Source of the DNA: a virus
Strand: one strand, 5' to 3'
Length of the DNA: 64,000 nt
Virus record (IMG/VR): IMGVR_UViG_3300032245_001127
This document shows, in pieces, positions 10,767 through 20,110 of this stretch. Position numbers and translations under genes: made by a program. Numbering within the stretch: position 1 is the first letter of the stretch; every line of letters starts with the position of its first letter. The notes below the pieces were generated by a model. It had not been told where the DNA came from. It did no database searches and was given only the letters and a program-made list of their open reading frames with translations.

Positions 10767-11959
10767 TAGAATGTATCCACAATAGTTGAATTGATAGTAG
10801 TGTTAGTTGTTCCTTTTCTCGATACTTCGCCAGTTGCTTCCAATACTTCTTTCGTAATAATAGCAACTTCTTTAAAGTTAAGAGTCATTTGAACTCCTGT
10901 TGGTGCACCATTTGCGAATGTATTATATTGACCATTTGGTGCATAATTAACATTCATACTCTCAAGAACAGCTGACGTATGTTTATGAATAAATTTATTT
11001 TCTTTTCCAGCATGTACGTAGAATATGTCAAATTCAGCTGGATATACAAATAAAAATCCATCTGTATCTTTTAATTCTGGATGCATGTGATATTTAAATT
11101 CATCGATAATGTTTTTTACATTCTCAGATTCTTTTTCATTTCTTGGATAAAAGTCATAGATATAACTAAATGTTCTAAAAGGAACTCCTTCGAATATTTG
11201 TTCTTTTTTTGGATTTACAGCGATCGTGCTCATCTTACCAAGAATTTTACCAGTTTCTCCCATTCCTGCTAATACTGCTGCTCCAATTAAATCTGCATTT
11301 TTCTTTAATACATCTCCAACATTATTCTTCGCTGGACTTGTTGTTGCTCCTTTTAATGCTTCAGCCACATCACTTCCACCTCTGGAAATCATTTCAAATA
11401 CATTCGTATCTAATTCGCCATAAGTTACACCATAATTAATCGAAAGATTGTTTGGTACATGTAAAGCGATTGCACTCTGAAGTCTTTTTCTTGGTTTTGT
11501 AAATTGTTTATCACCTGCATCTATATTTGATCCAACAGATCTTGCTGCGTTTTCTTTTGCGGCAGTTGCAGCAACCCCACCAACTCCGAGTGTACCTAAT
11601 ACAGCACCTCTTGTGCCAGTGCCTAGTACAGAACCAATCAGTCCACCAGAAACTGCTGCTTTAAGCATTGCGCCAGTAACTGCTTGATTTGCTGTAAGTT
11701 TTGCTCCAGAAAGTGCTCCACCAATTCTTGAAGTAACTTCTGGTATTGTTGTTCCGCGATCGTCAGATTTTGTAAATTTGCTATCTTCTGTAATGTTAAT
11801 ATAAAACATTACATATTGATCACCATAAGGATTTTTTCCAGCATTTGTAGAAAGTAGATCAATAGGATACGAGTAGTTGCTTACTCGATATTGATCTTGT
11901 ACGAATGGCGATGTAGCCATTGATGTAGTATCAGAGAGTATTTTTTTAGTTAATTCCAT
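10766..11959 (-). CDS. gp48: Baseplate tail-tube cap gp48
   Basis: YSYPIDL; IALHVP; VNPKKEQIFEGVPFRTFSY.YDFYPRNEKE; M.VNYAPNG...MTLNFKE. Confidence 0.85.
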   Translation of the reverse strand: MELTKKILSDTTSMATSPFVQDQYRVSNYSYPIDLLSTNAGKNPYGDQYVMFYINITEDSKFTKSDDRGTTIPEVTSRIGGALSGAKLTANQAVTGAMLKAAVSGGLIGSVLGTGTRGAVLGTLGVGGVAATAAKENAARSVGSNIDAGDKQFTKPRKRLQSAIALHVPNNLSINYGVTYGELDTNVFEMISRGGSDVAEALKGATTSPAKNNVGDVLKKNADLIGAAVLAGMGETGKILGKMSTIAVNPKKEQIFEGVPFRTFSYIYDFYPRNEKESENVKNIIDEFKYHMHPELKDTDGFLFVYPAEFDIFYVHAGKENKFIHKHTSAVLESMNVNYAPNGQYNTFANGAPTGVQMTLNFKEVAIITKEVLEATGEVSRKGTTNTTINSTIVDTF

Positions 11960-11966
11960 AGAGTGC

Positions 11967-12003
11967 TATAAATAGTTATTATTACTATTATTTCATTATT
12001 TAG
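11967..12003. promoter_or_regulatory. Opposed late promoters: TATAAATA (+, 11967-11974, gp4) and CTAAATA (-, 11997-12003, gp48)
   Basis: Both lie in the 46-bp gap between divergent late operons. Confidence 0.7.
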
Positions 12004-12005
12004 GT

Positions 12006-12449
12006 ATGTTTCATAAAAGAAAGTATAAACCAATACATCCAGAGAAATATGCAGGTGATCCTACTTGTATTATTCTAAGAAGTTCATGGGAATCAAGATT
12101 TGCATCTTGGTGCGATAGAACACCATCGGTGATTTCATGGAAAAGTGAAGAAATAGTCGTACCCTATCGATCCCCAATCGATAATCGTCTTCATCGTTAT
12201 TTTATTGATTTTTCAGTCTCTGTAAGAGAGAAAGATACAAATACTCTTCGAACATATTTAGTTGAAATTAAGCCAGAATCTCAAACAAAACCACCCAAAT
12301 TTCCTGGACGCCAAACTAGATCATATCTAACAGAATGTAACACTTTCCTTGTAAATTCAGCTAAATGGAAAGCAGCAACAGAATATGCCAAAGATAGAGG
12401 GCAACATTTTATCATATTAACAGAAAAGCATTTAGGGTTGGCAACCTAA
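12006..12449 (+). CDS. gp4: Head completion nuclease gp4
   Basis: KYKPIHPEKYAGDP..IILRSSWE...W.SEE..VPY.SP.D...HRYFIDF...VEIKP..QT..P...VN.AKWKAA. Confidence 0.92.
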   Translation: MFHKRKYKPIHPEKYAGDPTCIILRSSWESRFASWCDRTPSVISWKSEEIVVPYRSPIDNRLHRYFIDFSVSVREKDTNTLRTYLVEIKPESQTKPPKFPGRQTRSYLTECNTFLVNSAKWKAATEYAKDRGQHFIILTEKHLGLAT

Positions 12450-12452
12450 ATA
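12446..12452 (+). promoter_or_regulatory. Late promoter CTAAATA (gp2)
   Basis: Overlaps the gp4 stop; 5 nt before ATG. Confidence 0.7.
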
Positions 12453-12457
12453 GTGCT

Positions 12458-13048
12458 ATGGCAACTAGAATAACAGCACAAACAATCTTCGATAGATATC
12501 GTCAAGATCCCAGTATAAAGAATAAAACTCTTAACTGGTTTCAAAGACAGGTAAATATATTGCAAAAAGATCGAATACAGCCAAACGTATTAGTTCGTGG
12601 CGATAAAGAAAATCGACCTACTTCGCGAATTGTTCCTGGAAACCTTTATATGTTCTTTTATGATCCAAAAGGTAAAGAAGAACTTCCTTATTATGATCGA
12701 TTTCCTTTAGTGTTTCCTTATGATGCATCTGCGGATGGATTTATAGGTTTAAATATGCATTATCTTCCATATCAACTACGAGTTCGATTATTAGATCGTT
12801 TGTTAGATTATTCTTCAAATAGAAAAATGGATAGCACGACTAGATTAAGATATAGCTGGGCAACTATAAGATCAGCAAGTAAAATGGCACTAGCCAAACC
12901 ATGTATTAAATCTTACTTAACAAATCACGTTCAGTCTTCAATGTTAAGAGTTGCTCCTGAAAATTGGTTCACAGCAATGATGTTACCAGTTGAAAGATTT
13001 ACGAAAAATAAAAACAACGTCTGGGCAGACAGCATAGGAATGATTTAA
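12458..13048 (+). CDS. gp2: DNA end protector gp2
   Basis: GNLYMFFYDPKGKEELPYYDRFPLV...GLNMHYLP...PCIKSYL. Confidence 0.92.
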   Translation: MATRITAQTIFDRYRQDPSIKNKTLNWFQRQVNILQKDRIQPNVLVRGDKENRPTSRIVPGNLYMFFYDPKGKEELPYYDRFPLVFPYDASADGFIGLNMHYLPYQLRVRLLDRLLDYSSNRKMDSTTRLRYSWATIRSASKMALAKPCIKSYLTNHVQSSMLRVAPENWFTAMMLPVERFTKNKNNVWADSIGMI

Positions 13049-13908
13049 TGTCAATATTCGATATTTTCGGAACTACAGAAGCACCACAAAAAGAAGGAGA
13101 TATTCGTCAGTTTGTGGCATCAGTTAAAAAAGAAGGTCTTGCTCTTACAAATCGTTTTAGTGCTCGTGTTGGATTGCCTAAGACTCTTCAAGGAAGAGGT
13201 TATACAACAGAAACATCTAAAAAGTTATTTTTATATTGTGACACTGCAACTCTTCCAGGAATTGCATATAGTACATTTCAAGCAAGAACTTATGGAGAAA
13301 TTCGTGAGATGCCGTATGAAAGAACTTTTGATCCAGTAGTTTTAACTTTTTATGTGGATAATTCTTTTATAGTTAAAGGATTCTTTGAAGATTGGCAGAA
13401 TTCTATACAAAATAACGTAACTAGAGAAATTCAATTTTACGATAATTATACTACATTAGTCGATATATTTGTTTATGATGTTGCAAACAACTCAAGATAT
13501 CTTTGTCGTTTACATGAAGCATATCCTAAAATTGTAGCACCAATTCAAATGGATTATGCGAGTAAAGATGTAATGAAATTAAATGTTACAATACAATATA
13601 AGTATTGGACAAGTCAAGCATTCGCTGCACCAGATACTAAACAAAGAGGATGGATTAGTAAAATATTCGGTGATTCGGTAGAAGATGCTGTAGGAACAAT
13701 TACAAACTCATTACCAATTCCAAGCGATTACTTTGGAAATTTTAATCAATTCCAAGAAACTTATAATGATTTATCGAATGGAAATAATATAGGAAATACA
13801 TTTAATAATTCAATTAATAGTGCAACTCCTGCAATATATAATACGCAACCAACTTTTACGAATGAAACACTTGCGCAAGTAGCAGGAACCACATTCAGAG
13901 TAGTTTAA
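13048..13908 (+). CDS. gp54: Baseplate tail-tube initiator gp54 (gp19-like fold)
   Basis: GLALTNRF...LYCDTATLPG...MPYERTF.PV.LTFYVD...FEDWQ...LHEAYPK...LNVTIQYKYW. Confidence 0.8.
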   Translation: MSIFDIFGTTEAPQKEGDIRQFVASVKKEGLALTNRFSARVGLPKTLQGRGYTTETSKKLFLYCDTATLPGIAYSTFQARTYGEIREMPYERTFDPVVLTFYVDNSFIVKGFFEDWQNSIQNNVTREIQFYDNYTTLVDIFVYDVANNSRYLCRLHEAYPKIVAPIQMDYASKDVMKLNVTIQYKYWTSQAFAAPDTKQRGWISKIFGDSVEDAVGTITNSLPIPSDYFGNFNQFQETYNDLSNGNNIGNTFNNSINSATPAIYNTQPTFTNETLAQVAGTTFRVV

Positions 13909-13909
13909 T

Positions 13910-14149
13910 ATGAAAGTTTTTATAATGACTATTCTTATGTGTCATGTGGACGCGACAAATTCATTTTATTATACTTCTATGATTGAAGAACCTAGAATAG
14001 AATATAGTACATATGAAGAATGCGTAGATGCAGGAAAAATTAAAAGAAGAGATATGTTAAAATCTTCTTTAAAATATCCTGATTTAGAAATATTTGACGT
14101 AATTATAAAATGCAAAAATTCGATTGAATCGCAAGAGGATTTAATATGA
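13910..14149 (+). CDS. Hypothetical protein with three Cys
   Basis: Tightly packed ORF in the plus-strand operon. Confidence 0.55.
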   Translation: MKVFIMTILMCHVDATNSFYYTSMIEEPRIEYSTYEECVDAGKIKRRDMLKSSLKYPDLEIFDVIIKCKNSIESQEDLI

Positions 14150-14571
14150 CAAAACTTGATGATAAATTAAGTGAAACATTTAAAACAGAAGCTGTTGAAG
14201 TAGTTCCACAGCCATTTAAAAAGGAGTCATCTTATGAGAACATTACCGACTCTAAGACTAAAGTTAATAATGATTTTAATACTTCTCGTTCTAATTTGCA
14301 TAACCTTTTAGAAAGAGGAGAAGAAGCATTAATACATGCTTTAGAAATAGCAAAACAATCAGAACATCCAAGAGCATTTGAAGTTGTTGGAAATATGATT
14401 AAACAACTTGCTGACGTAAACCAACAACTAATGGATTTACATAATCAGCAAAAAAAGATTGAAGAACCAACTTCTTCATCTGGAAAGCAGATAACAAATA
14501 ACTCGATCTTTGTAGGATCGACTGCTGAATTGAATAAGATAATAGGAAAATATAAACAAGACGGAGAATAA
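14146..14571 (+). CDS. gp16: Terminase small subunit (gp16, environmental T4-like type)
   Basis: SRSNLHNLLERGEEAL...AKQSEHPRAFEV...NNSIFVGSTAEL. Confidence 0.82.
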   Translation: MTKLDDKLSETFKTEAVEVVPQPFKKESSYENITDSKTKVNNDFNTSRSNLHNLLERGEEALIHALEIAKQSEHPRAFEVVGNMIKQLADVNQQLMDLHNQQKKIEEPTSSSGKQITNNSIFVGSTAELNKIIGKYKQDGE

Positions 14572-14575
14572 TATT

Positions 14576-15307
14576 ATGGCTTTGCCAATGAATACGACAC
14601 CAATTTATACGTTGGTGGTACCATCTACAAAACGTGAACATCGCTTTAAACCATTTGTTGTAAAACAAGAAAAGGCATTATTAATTGCGATGCAATCTGA
14701 AAACGAAAAGGTGATGGTAGATACTTTAAAAAGTATCATTTCAGATTGTGTACTTGATATAAATGTAAACGAACTTTCAATGTTTGATCTAGAATATATA
14801 TTCTGTTCTTTACGTGGTAAGTCCGTTGGAGAAGAAGTAGAATTAATTGCTCGTTGTAATTCAAAAGAATGTGAAACCAACGATAAAGCAAAAACGTTAA
14901 TTAAATTAAATATAATGGATATCCCAGTGGTTACTGGTGAAGGACATTCTAAAAAAATTCCTTTATTTAATGATGTAGGTGTGATAATGAAATATCCATC
15001 AATCGATACGTTAATTAAACTAAGTGAGTTTAAAAAAGAAAAATCAGCAGATACTGATTTAATCTTTAAGATAATTGCTGATTGTATTGAAAGTATATAT
15101 GATGGTGTTCAAATATATCCTACAAAGGATCAAACACCAGCTGAAGTGCAAACGTTTTTAGATAATTTAACAAATGAACAGTTTGCTAAAATACAAAATT
15201 TCTTTACAACAATGCCGAAACTGACAAAGACAATTGAATTTACATGTTCGGTATGTAATAAAGCACAAACTCGTAAAATAGAAGGATTAGCAAATTTTTT
15301 TTCGTAA
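14576..15307 (+). CDS. gp26: Baseplate hub assembly protein gp26
   Basis: MALP....P.YTLVVPST...FKPFVVKQEKALLIA; FDLEYIF..LRGKSVGE; VIMKYP; FFTTMPKL...C..C....IEGLANFF. Confidence 0.9.
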   Translation: MALPMNTTPIYTLVVPSTKREHRFKPFVVKQEKALLIAMQSENEKVMVDTLKSIISDCVLDINVNELSMFDLEYIFCSLRGKSVGEEVELIARCNSKECETNDKAKTLIKLNIMDIPVVTGEGHSKKIPLFNDVGVIMKYPSIDTLIKLSEFKKEKSADTDLIFKIIADCIESIYDGVQIYPTKDQTPAEVQTFLDNLTNEQFAKIQNFFTTMPKLTKTIEFTCSVCNKAQTRKIEGLANFFS

Positions 15308-15492
15308 TGCTCAGCCATGAGTCATTAGTGAACTTCTATAAAACGAATTTCGCATTAATGCAGTATCACAAATATACGATGACTGAGCTTGATGAACAGT
15401 TACCCTTTGAAAGAGAAGTTTATATAAGTATGTTGATAAAACATCTAGAAGAAGAAAAACAAAGAAACGAACAAAGAAAGTTAAAATCGTAA
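15307..15492 (+). CDS. gp51: Baseplate hub assembly catalyst gp51
   Basis: HESLVNFYKTNFALMQYHKY...LPFEREVYISML. Confidence 0.9.
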   Translation: MLSHESLVNFYKTNFALMQYHKYTMTELDEQLPFEREVYISMLIKHLEEEKQRNEQRKLKS

Positions 15493-16995
15493 ATGGCACT
15501 CGCAGCAGTACTAGAGCAACAACAAACGCAAACGAATAAACCGATCCCAACTACATTAGTTGATTCGGCAGGTCGTCCATTGTCTATTGTCGAAGAACTT
15601 CAAAAATCAACTAAAACTCCGACTCGAGAAGATACAATCGAAGCAAACTCTCAATTAGCAAAACAAACTCAATTATTAGAAATTATTGCGAATGCTGTAA
15701 GTGGAAAAGGTTCTGCTGGTTATAGCGATTCTAAATCAAAATCAAAAGAAGATAATTCAAAGATGTTTTCTGCAGCCACAGGTGGAATCGTAGGTGCAAT
15801 TACTGTAATGTTATTAAACACAATCAAATTTCTCGGTTCATTCGTACTCCGTGCAGTTCCGCAAATTGGAAAATTATTGTTAGCGACAGTGGCAAGATTT
15901 GGTTTATTAATACCAACATTAGTTATTGGTGTTTTTAAAGGATTATTTGATTCAATTAAATTAGCTTTCTCAGGAGCAGATTTTGGTGATGTGGTAACAG
16001 AATTTGTATCAAGTTTAATCAATTTCCTTTCATTCGGTTTTATTTCAAAAGAAACTGTAAAGAATGGTATTTCTATTCTTACGAATGCAGTTAAAGATTA
16101 TATTATTGATCCTATAATGAATTTATTCTCTTCAATTGAGAACTTTTTTAAAACAAACATATTTGATCCGATTGAACAAGCATTTAAACCAATAGTAGAT
16201 TTTTTCACAAACATTAAAAACACTATATTAAACTTCTTTGAAGGATTGTCGATTCCAGAAATTAAATTTACTATTCCGATCGTAAATAAAGAAGTAAGTA
16301 TCGGTCCGTTTTCTCCATTTAAAAAATCGCCAACAGTGGCTCCACAATCTTCGCCAACTCTTCCTGCGCCATCAAATACAGAAGGAGTTTCTGCAGATCT
16401 TTCAGGACAAACTGCACCAATCACACCAGTATTTACGAAACCAATCGTTCCGAGCGCATCTCCGATAAAAATGAATAGAATGCCTACTGAAGAAGCAAAG
16501 AATATATTGGACAAAAATAAAGGTTTAGAGGATGCAATGAACATTCGAATGAATGGATTAATGATGAGTGCTTCAATGTCAGGTGGTCAATTAAAAGATG
16601 AAAAAATACAAGCTGCTCTTTCTGAAATTGGGTCAAAAGAAGAAGTACAAGCATATCTTACAGTAAACAAAGATAAAATTTCTCGAATCCAAAAATATGC
16701 TAATGAAGAAAGTTTACAAGGAATTTCAGGATCAGAAGTAAAAAATACAAAAGCCCAAGAAGCTGGAAAAATAACTCCAGCACCAAGTACAACTGGAACA
16801 GATCTTACGAATAAAACAATCGCTGCTGAAGAAGCAAAAAGTTCTTTGAGTGGCACTACAAATGTAGCATCAACACCAATTACAACGATTAATAATGCAC
16901 CAACACAACAAACAACATTATTTGGTAAATCGCCAAGAAATGATGAGTCATCGATTAATCGTTACATAGATCGATCATATGGTGTCAACATTTAA
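15493..16995 (+). CDS. Probable tail length regulator / tape measure (gp29-like)
   Basis: Follows gp26-gp51; central amphipathic F/I-rich helical repeats; TTINN-rich C-terminus. Confidence 0.65.
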   Translation: MALAAVLEQQQTQTNKPIPTTLVDSAGRPLSIVEELQKSTKTPTREDTIEANSQLAKQTQLLEIIANAVSGKGSAGYSDSKSKSKEDNSKMFSAATGGIVGAITVMLLNTIKFLGSFVLRAVPQIGKLLLATVARFGLLIPTLVIGVFKGLFDSIKLAFSGADFGDVVTEFVSSLINFLSFGFISKETVKNGISILTNAVKDYIIDPIMNLFSSIENFFKTNIFDPIEQAFKPIVDFFTNIKNTILNFFEGLSIPEIKFTIPIVNKEVSIGPFSPFKKSPTVAPQSSPTLPAPSNTEGVSADLSGQTAPITPVFTKPIVPSASPIKMNRMPTEEAKNILDKNKGLEDAMNIRMNGLMMSASMSGGQLKDEKIQAALSEIGSKEEVQAYLTVNKDKISRIQKYANEESLQGISGSEVKNTKAQEAGKITPAPSTTGTDLTNKTIAAEEAKSSLSGTTNVASTPITTINNAPTQQTTLFGKSPRNDESSINRYIDRSYGVNI

Positions 16996-17602
16996 AGATT
17001 ATACTTCTGCGAAAGAGACTTATGGGAATGGTTGGCTAACAATATTTGATATTGATGATACTCTATTTCATACTACTGCTTCAGTACTCGTAAAGAATCG
17101 TGACGGAGAAATTGTTCGATCACTCACATCAGCTGAATTCAATACCTATTCGCTCGCAACAGGTGAAACTTTCGATTTTTCTGAATTTAAAGACGCTGAA
17201 AAATTTTATAAAGAATCAAAACCCATCGGTCGTATGTTGCAACGTGCAAAGTTAATTCTCGCAGCATCTGAAAAATATCCATTATCAAGAGTCATCATTA
17301 TCACTGCAAGAACTGATTTCGATAGTAAGAGTATATTTCTTAAAACGTTTAAAAAATATGGATTTAATATCGATAAGGTGAGAGTTGAGAGAGCAGGAAA
17401 TATAACGAGTGGAACGAGTGCTTCGAAAAAAGCGATGATTACTCGAAAGTATTTGGAATCGAAGAATTTCAGTAAAGTAAGAATTTTTGATGATGATATA
17501 TCGAATCTAATGGCGATATTGAAACTGAGAAGAGAATTTCCACTCATTTCTTTCAATGCATATCTAGCAAAGAAAGATGGATCTGTTAAAACAATCTCTT
17601 AG
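16979..17602 (+). CDS. HAD-family phosphatase (polynucleotide 3'-phosphatase-like)
   Basis: HAD motifs FDIDDTLF, ITAR, K, IFDDD. Confidence 0.75.
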   Translation: MVSTFKDYTSAKETYGNGWLTIFDIDDTLFHTTASVLVKNRDGEIVRSLTSAEFNTYSLATGETFDFSEFKDAEKFYKESKPIGRMLQRAKLILAASEKYPLSRVIIITARTDFDSKSIFLKTFKKYGFNIDKVRVERAGNITSGTSASKKAMITRKYLESKNFSKVRIFDDDISNLMAILKLRREFPLISFNAYLAKKDGSVKTIS

Positions 17603-17634
17603 AATTATAATCTCGTATCAAACCCAACAGGGTT

Positions 17635-17663
17635 ATTTTAATGCTTTAAATCTTGGAAGTAAA
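17635..17663 (-). promoter_or_regulatory. Middle-type promoter TTTACT-TCCAAG-N11-TAAAAT, pointing antisense into the HAD/gp29 genes
   Basis: Same architecture as the promoters ahead of gp32, gp33 and primase; no credible minus-strand gene downstream. Confidence 0.55.
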
Positions 17664-17682
17664 TAGATAACTTTCCAAGATT
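17649..17682. terminator. Inverted repeat between convergent operons (possible bidirectional terminator)
   Basis: AATCTTGGAAGT...ACTTTCCAAGATT, one bulge. Confidence 0.45.
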
Positions 17683-17701
17683 CGAAACTTTATTCCAAGA
17701 C

Positions 17702-17983
17702 TTATTCTTTTCTTCGATGCTTAATCCACTCATTAAATAACGTATCTATTACTTCTTGATGAGAAGCTGGTTCAAAGTTATTTAATATTTTACTCGTATA
17801 TACTACTTTTTCAAATTGTTCTCTTAATACGTTTTTTACAATCTTCTTCTCTTTATTTAAAGAGAAAGACGTATATACTAAACCGATAATCAATGCCCAG
17901 CTAAAAATAAGAACTAAAATGAGAACGGATTTAAAACCTCCGTTCCCATAATCGTTTCCAGATGGCATAGAATTTCTACTCAC
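17702..17983 (-). CDS. Hypothetical membrane protein
   Basis: One hydrophobic segment; overlaps the gp32 stop. Confidence 0.55.
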   Translation of the reverse strand: MSRNSMPSGNDYGNGGFKSVLILVLIFSWALIIGLVYTSFSLNKEKKIVKNVLREQFEKVVYTSKILNNFEPASHQEVIDTLFNEWIKHRRKE

Positions 17984-18869
17984 TGTTTGCTATTCCTTGA
18001 AAATAAGAAAGAACATCTTCTTCTTCTTTTTTCTTAGTTGTTGTTGCAACTGGTTTTTTTGGAGCATTATATTCTTCGTCTATTTCAGAAATAGATGCTG
18101 CATTCTTAACCGATCCATTTGTATCATTTAATACTTCATTTAATTTACGAGATAATTCTTCGTAAGATTTAAACTGATCTTTTGCTACGAATGGTGATAA
18201 TTTATATTGTTTACTTACTAGATCTAATAATTTTTTCTCATCACTTGCATATAATGCTGCTGGTTCTAAGAAAGCTGATTGATCGTAGTTCGAATAGCCA
18301 TCAACCTTACGCATTCTAATTCTAAAGTCTGCACCATTCCATAAATCAAACACGTTTACAGGTTTTTCGTCTTCGAAAGTAGGTCTTGCTTTATCCATAA
18401 TCTTATCGAAGATTTTTTTACCAAACTTAAACAATTTTACTTGTCCTTCGTTTTCTGGATGTTTAGGATCGCTTACAACTAAAATGTTTGTAATATAACC
18501 TAATCTTCTTTTTTGTTTACGAGCAATTTCTTTATTGCTTTCGATACCTGAGTTCCATAATTTACTATTTAATTCAGATACTGGATCTTTCTCACCAATA
18601 GTAGTAAGTGAATTTTCAATATACCATTTTCCTGTTGGTCCTTGAAAACCATGATTAAATATTCTTACCCATGGTAATTCGTCGCCCTCTACTCTTGGTA
18701 GAAAACGAATTACAGCTGTTGCGTTACCAGCTTTATCTGGTTCTAATTTCCAAAAACGATTGTCAGTTTTTGAATCTGAATTTGCTGTGGGATTTGATAT
18801 TTTTTCGTACTCGTTTGATATTTTAGAAAAATCAGAGGTACTCATTGATTTTAATTTTTGTATATCCAT
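17976..18869 (-). CDS. gp32: Single-stranded DNA-binding protein gp32
   Basis: DNRFWKLEPDKAGNATAVIRFLP...HGFQGPTGKWYIENSLTT...YITNILVVSDPKHPENEG.V.LFKFGKKIFDKI. Confidence 0.96.
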   Translation of the reverse strand: MDIQKLKSMSTSDFSKISNEYEKISNPTANSDSKTDNRFWKLEPDKAGNATAVIRFLPRVEGDELPWVRIFNHGFQGPTGKWYIENSLTTIGEKDPVSELNSKLWNSGIESNKEIARKQKRRLGYITNILVVSDPKHPENEGQVKLFKFGKKIFDKIMDKARPTFEDEKPVNVFDLWNGADFRIRMRKVDGYSNYDQSAFLEPAALYASDEKKLLDLVSKQYKLSPFVAKDQFKSYEELSRKLNEVLNDTNGSVKNAASISEIDEEYNAPKKPVATTTKKKEEEDVLSYFQGIANSE

Positions 18870-18903
18870 ATGTATTTCCTTGTATTTGTATGTTACGTTG
18901 TAT

Positions 18904-18932
18904 ATTGTATATTAATTTATCTTGTAAGTAAA
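18904..18932 (-). promoter_or_regulatory. Middle-type promoter of gp32 (TTTACT-TACAAG-N11-TACAAT)
   Basis: 17-bp -35/-10 spacing plus the shared TVCAAG box. Confidence 0.7.
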
Positions 18933-18955
18933 GTGGGCAATTGCTCGCCCACTTT
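18930..18955 (-). terminator. Rho-independent terminator hairpin
   Basis: AAAGTGGGC-aattgctc-GCCCACTTT just after the stop of 18967..19179. Confidence 0.7.
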
Positions 18956-18966
18956 GGAAAGTGAAA

Positions 18967-19179
18967 CTACTTTTTAGCAGGTTCTACTTTTTTATCATCT
19001 TTTTTTGGACAAACAACTGGTTTATTAGTTTTTTTGTCGATGATTGCTTTACCATCTTTATCTTTTTCTACGCATACTGCAGCTGGAGCTTTTGGCTCTT
19101 CCTTTTTAGGTGCTGGTGTTTGTGCAGAAACAGATGCAGTAAATAATACTGCAGATAATAATACTAAAAGATTTTTCAT
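18967..19179 (-). CDS. Small exported K/P-rich protein
   Basis: Signal peptide MKNLLVLLSAVLFTASVSA; two Cys; has its own promoter and terminator. Confidence 0.7.
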   Translation of the reverse strand: MKNLLVLLSAVLFTASVSAQTPAPKKEEPKAPAAVCVEKDKDGKAIIDKKTNKPVVCPKKDDKKVEPAKK

Positions 19180-19204
19180 TATATATCCTTTTGTTTATAA
19201 TATA

Positions 19205-19233
19205 ATTATACCATAATATAACTTGCAAAGCAA
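19205..19233 (-). promoter_or_regulatory. Middle-type promoter TTGCTT-TGCAAG-N11-TATAAT
   Basis: Shared motif and spacing. Confidence 0.7.
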
Positions 19234-19262
19234 GTGTAGTTTCCTTTGGTCACGTTGTTAAA

Positions 19263-19877
19263 CTACAAAAGATCAACGTTTTTTTTCATATCTATAACAA
19301 ATTTGTTATAAACGTCTTCGACTTTTTTACGATCGAATTTCACAAATCGTTCTGCCTTAATGATGCGACGACACTCATCGGCAAATATGATATTGGTTTG
19401 AGTTTTCCAATTATCAAAAAACGAATTAAAAGCATTTAGGATTACAATCGTCTGTACTTTTATATGATTTCCTATATGCAGTTTCATTAATTCTGGTATT
19501 TGCATCGTACTTCCAGAAAATGAATATAAATTATCACTCTTAGTTGTAAGAGAATTAAGAATCGTATTACAATCTTCTTTAAAAACGTGAGTAATAGATT
19601 CTTTTGTTTTTATCCAATCTTTATGCAAATCGTCAGCAACACTGCTATGATAAACAACAGCATCATGTCCGACAGCAAAATTGGAAACAAAATACTCCAC
19701 TGCGTCACTCGGTTTTTTAAATTTTCTACCAAGTTTTTCAAATAAAGACTTATCATTGCGAACATTATATTTCTCCTTATATCCTTTTATAGCACCATTT
19801 TTTTTAAATACATCATAGTCAGTTGTAAAATGTAACTTACTTGCAATGTATATCTTATAAACAGAATAGCCATCCAT
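19263..19877 (-). CDS. gp59: Helicase loader gp59
   Basis: MDGYSVYKIYIASKLHFTT.YDVFK..G...RNDKSLFEKL...YFVSNF; in the gp33-gp59-gp32 block. Confidence 0.88.
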   Translation of the reverse strand: MDGYSVYKIYIASKLHFTTDYDVFKKNGAIKGYKEKYNVRNDKSLFEKLGRKFKKPSDAVEYFVSNFAVGHDAVVYHSSVADDLHKDWIKTKESITHVFKEDCNTILNSLTTKSDNLYSFSGSTMQIPELMKLHIGNHIKVQTIVILNAFNSFFDNWKTQTNIIFADECRRIIKAERFVKFDRKKVEDVYNKFVIDMKKNVDLL

Positions 19878-20110
19878 TATATATTTAGTTTGGCTGTTCG
19901 AGGGAGTAAATTCTTATCCATAGCATTTGCTTCAATCTTTTGCTTAAGAGAACCCTGTATTAAATTTTTAAGAGAATCTACTTCAATATCATTTTCAGCA
20001 GCATATTCTAATACAGCATCTAAATGATTATAGAATTCATAGTTGTTTTTATCTTGAACTTTTAACTCAATAAATTGAGAGAAAGATTTATGATCTGAGA
20101 ACTTTAACAT
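19877..20110 (-). CDS. gp33: Late transcription co-activator gp33
   Basis: FSQFIE...HLDAVLEYAAENDIEVD...LI..SLKQKIEANAM..NLLPRTAKL. Confidence 0.88.
   Translation of the reverse strand: MLKFSDHKSFSQFIELKVQDKNNYEFYNHLDAVLEYAAENDIEVDSLKNLIQGSLKQKIEANAMDKNLLPRTAKLNI

Noticed and set aside
15720-17556. Minus-strand ORFs 15720..16022, 16098..16544, 16587..16856 and 17206..17556 as genes served by the 17635 promoter
   Set aside because: They are antisense shadows of gp29 and the HAD gene with no recognisable motifs.
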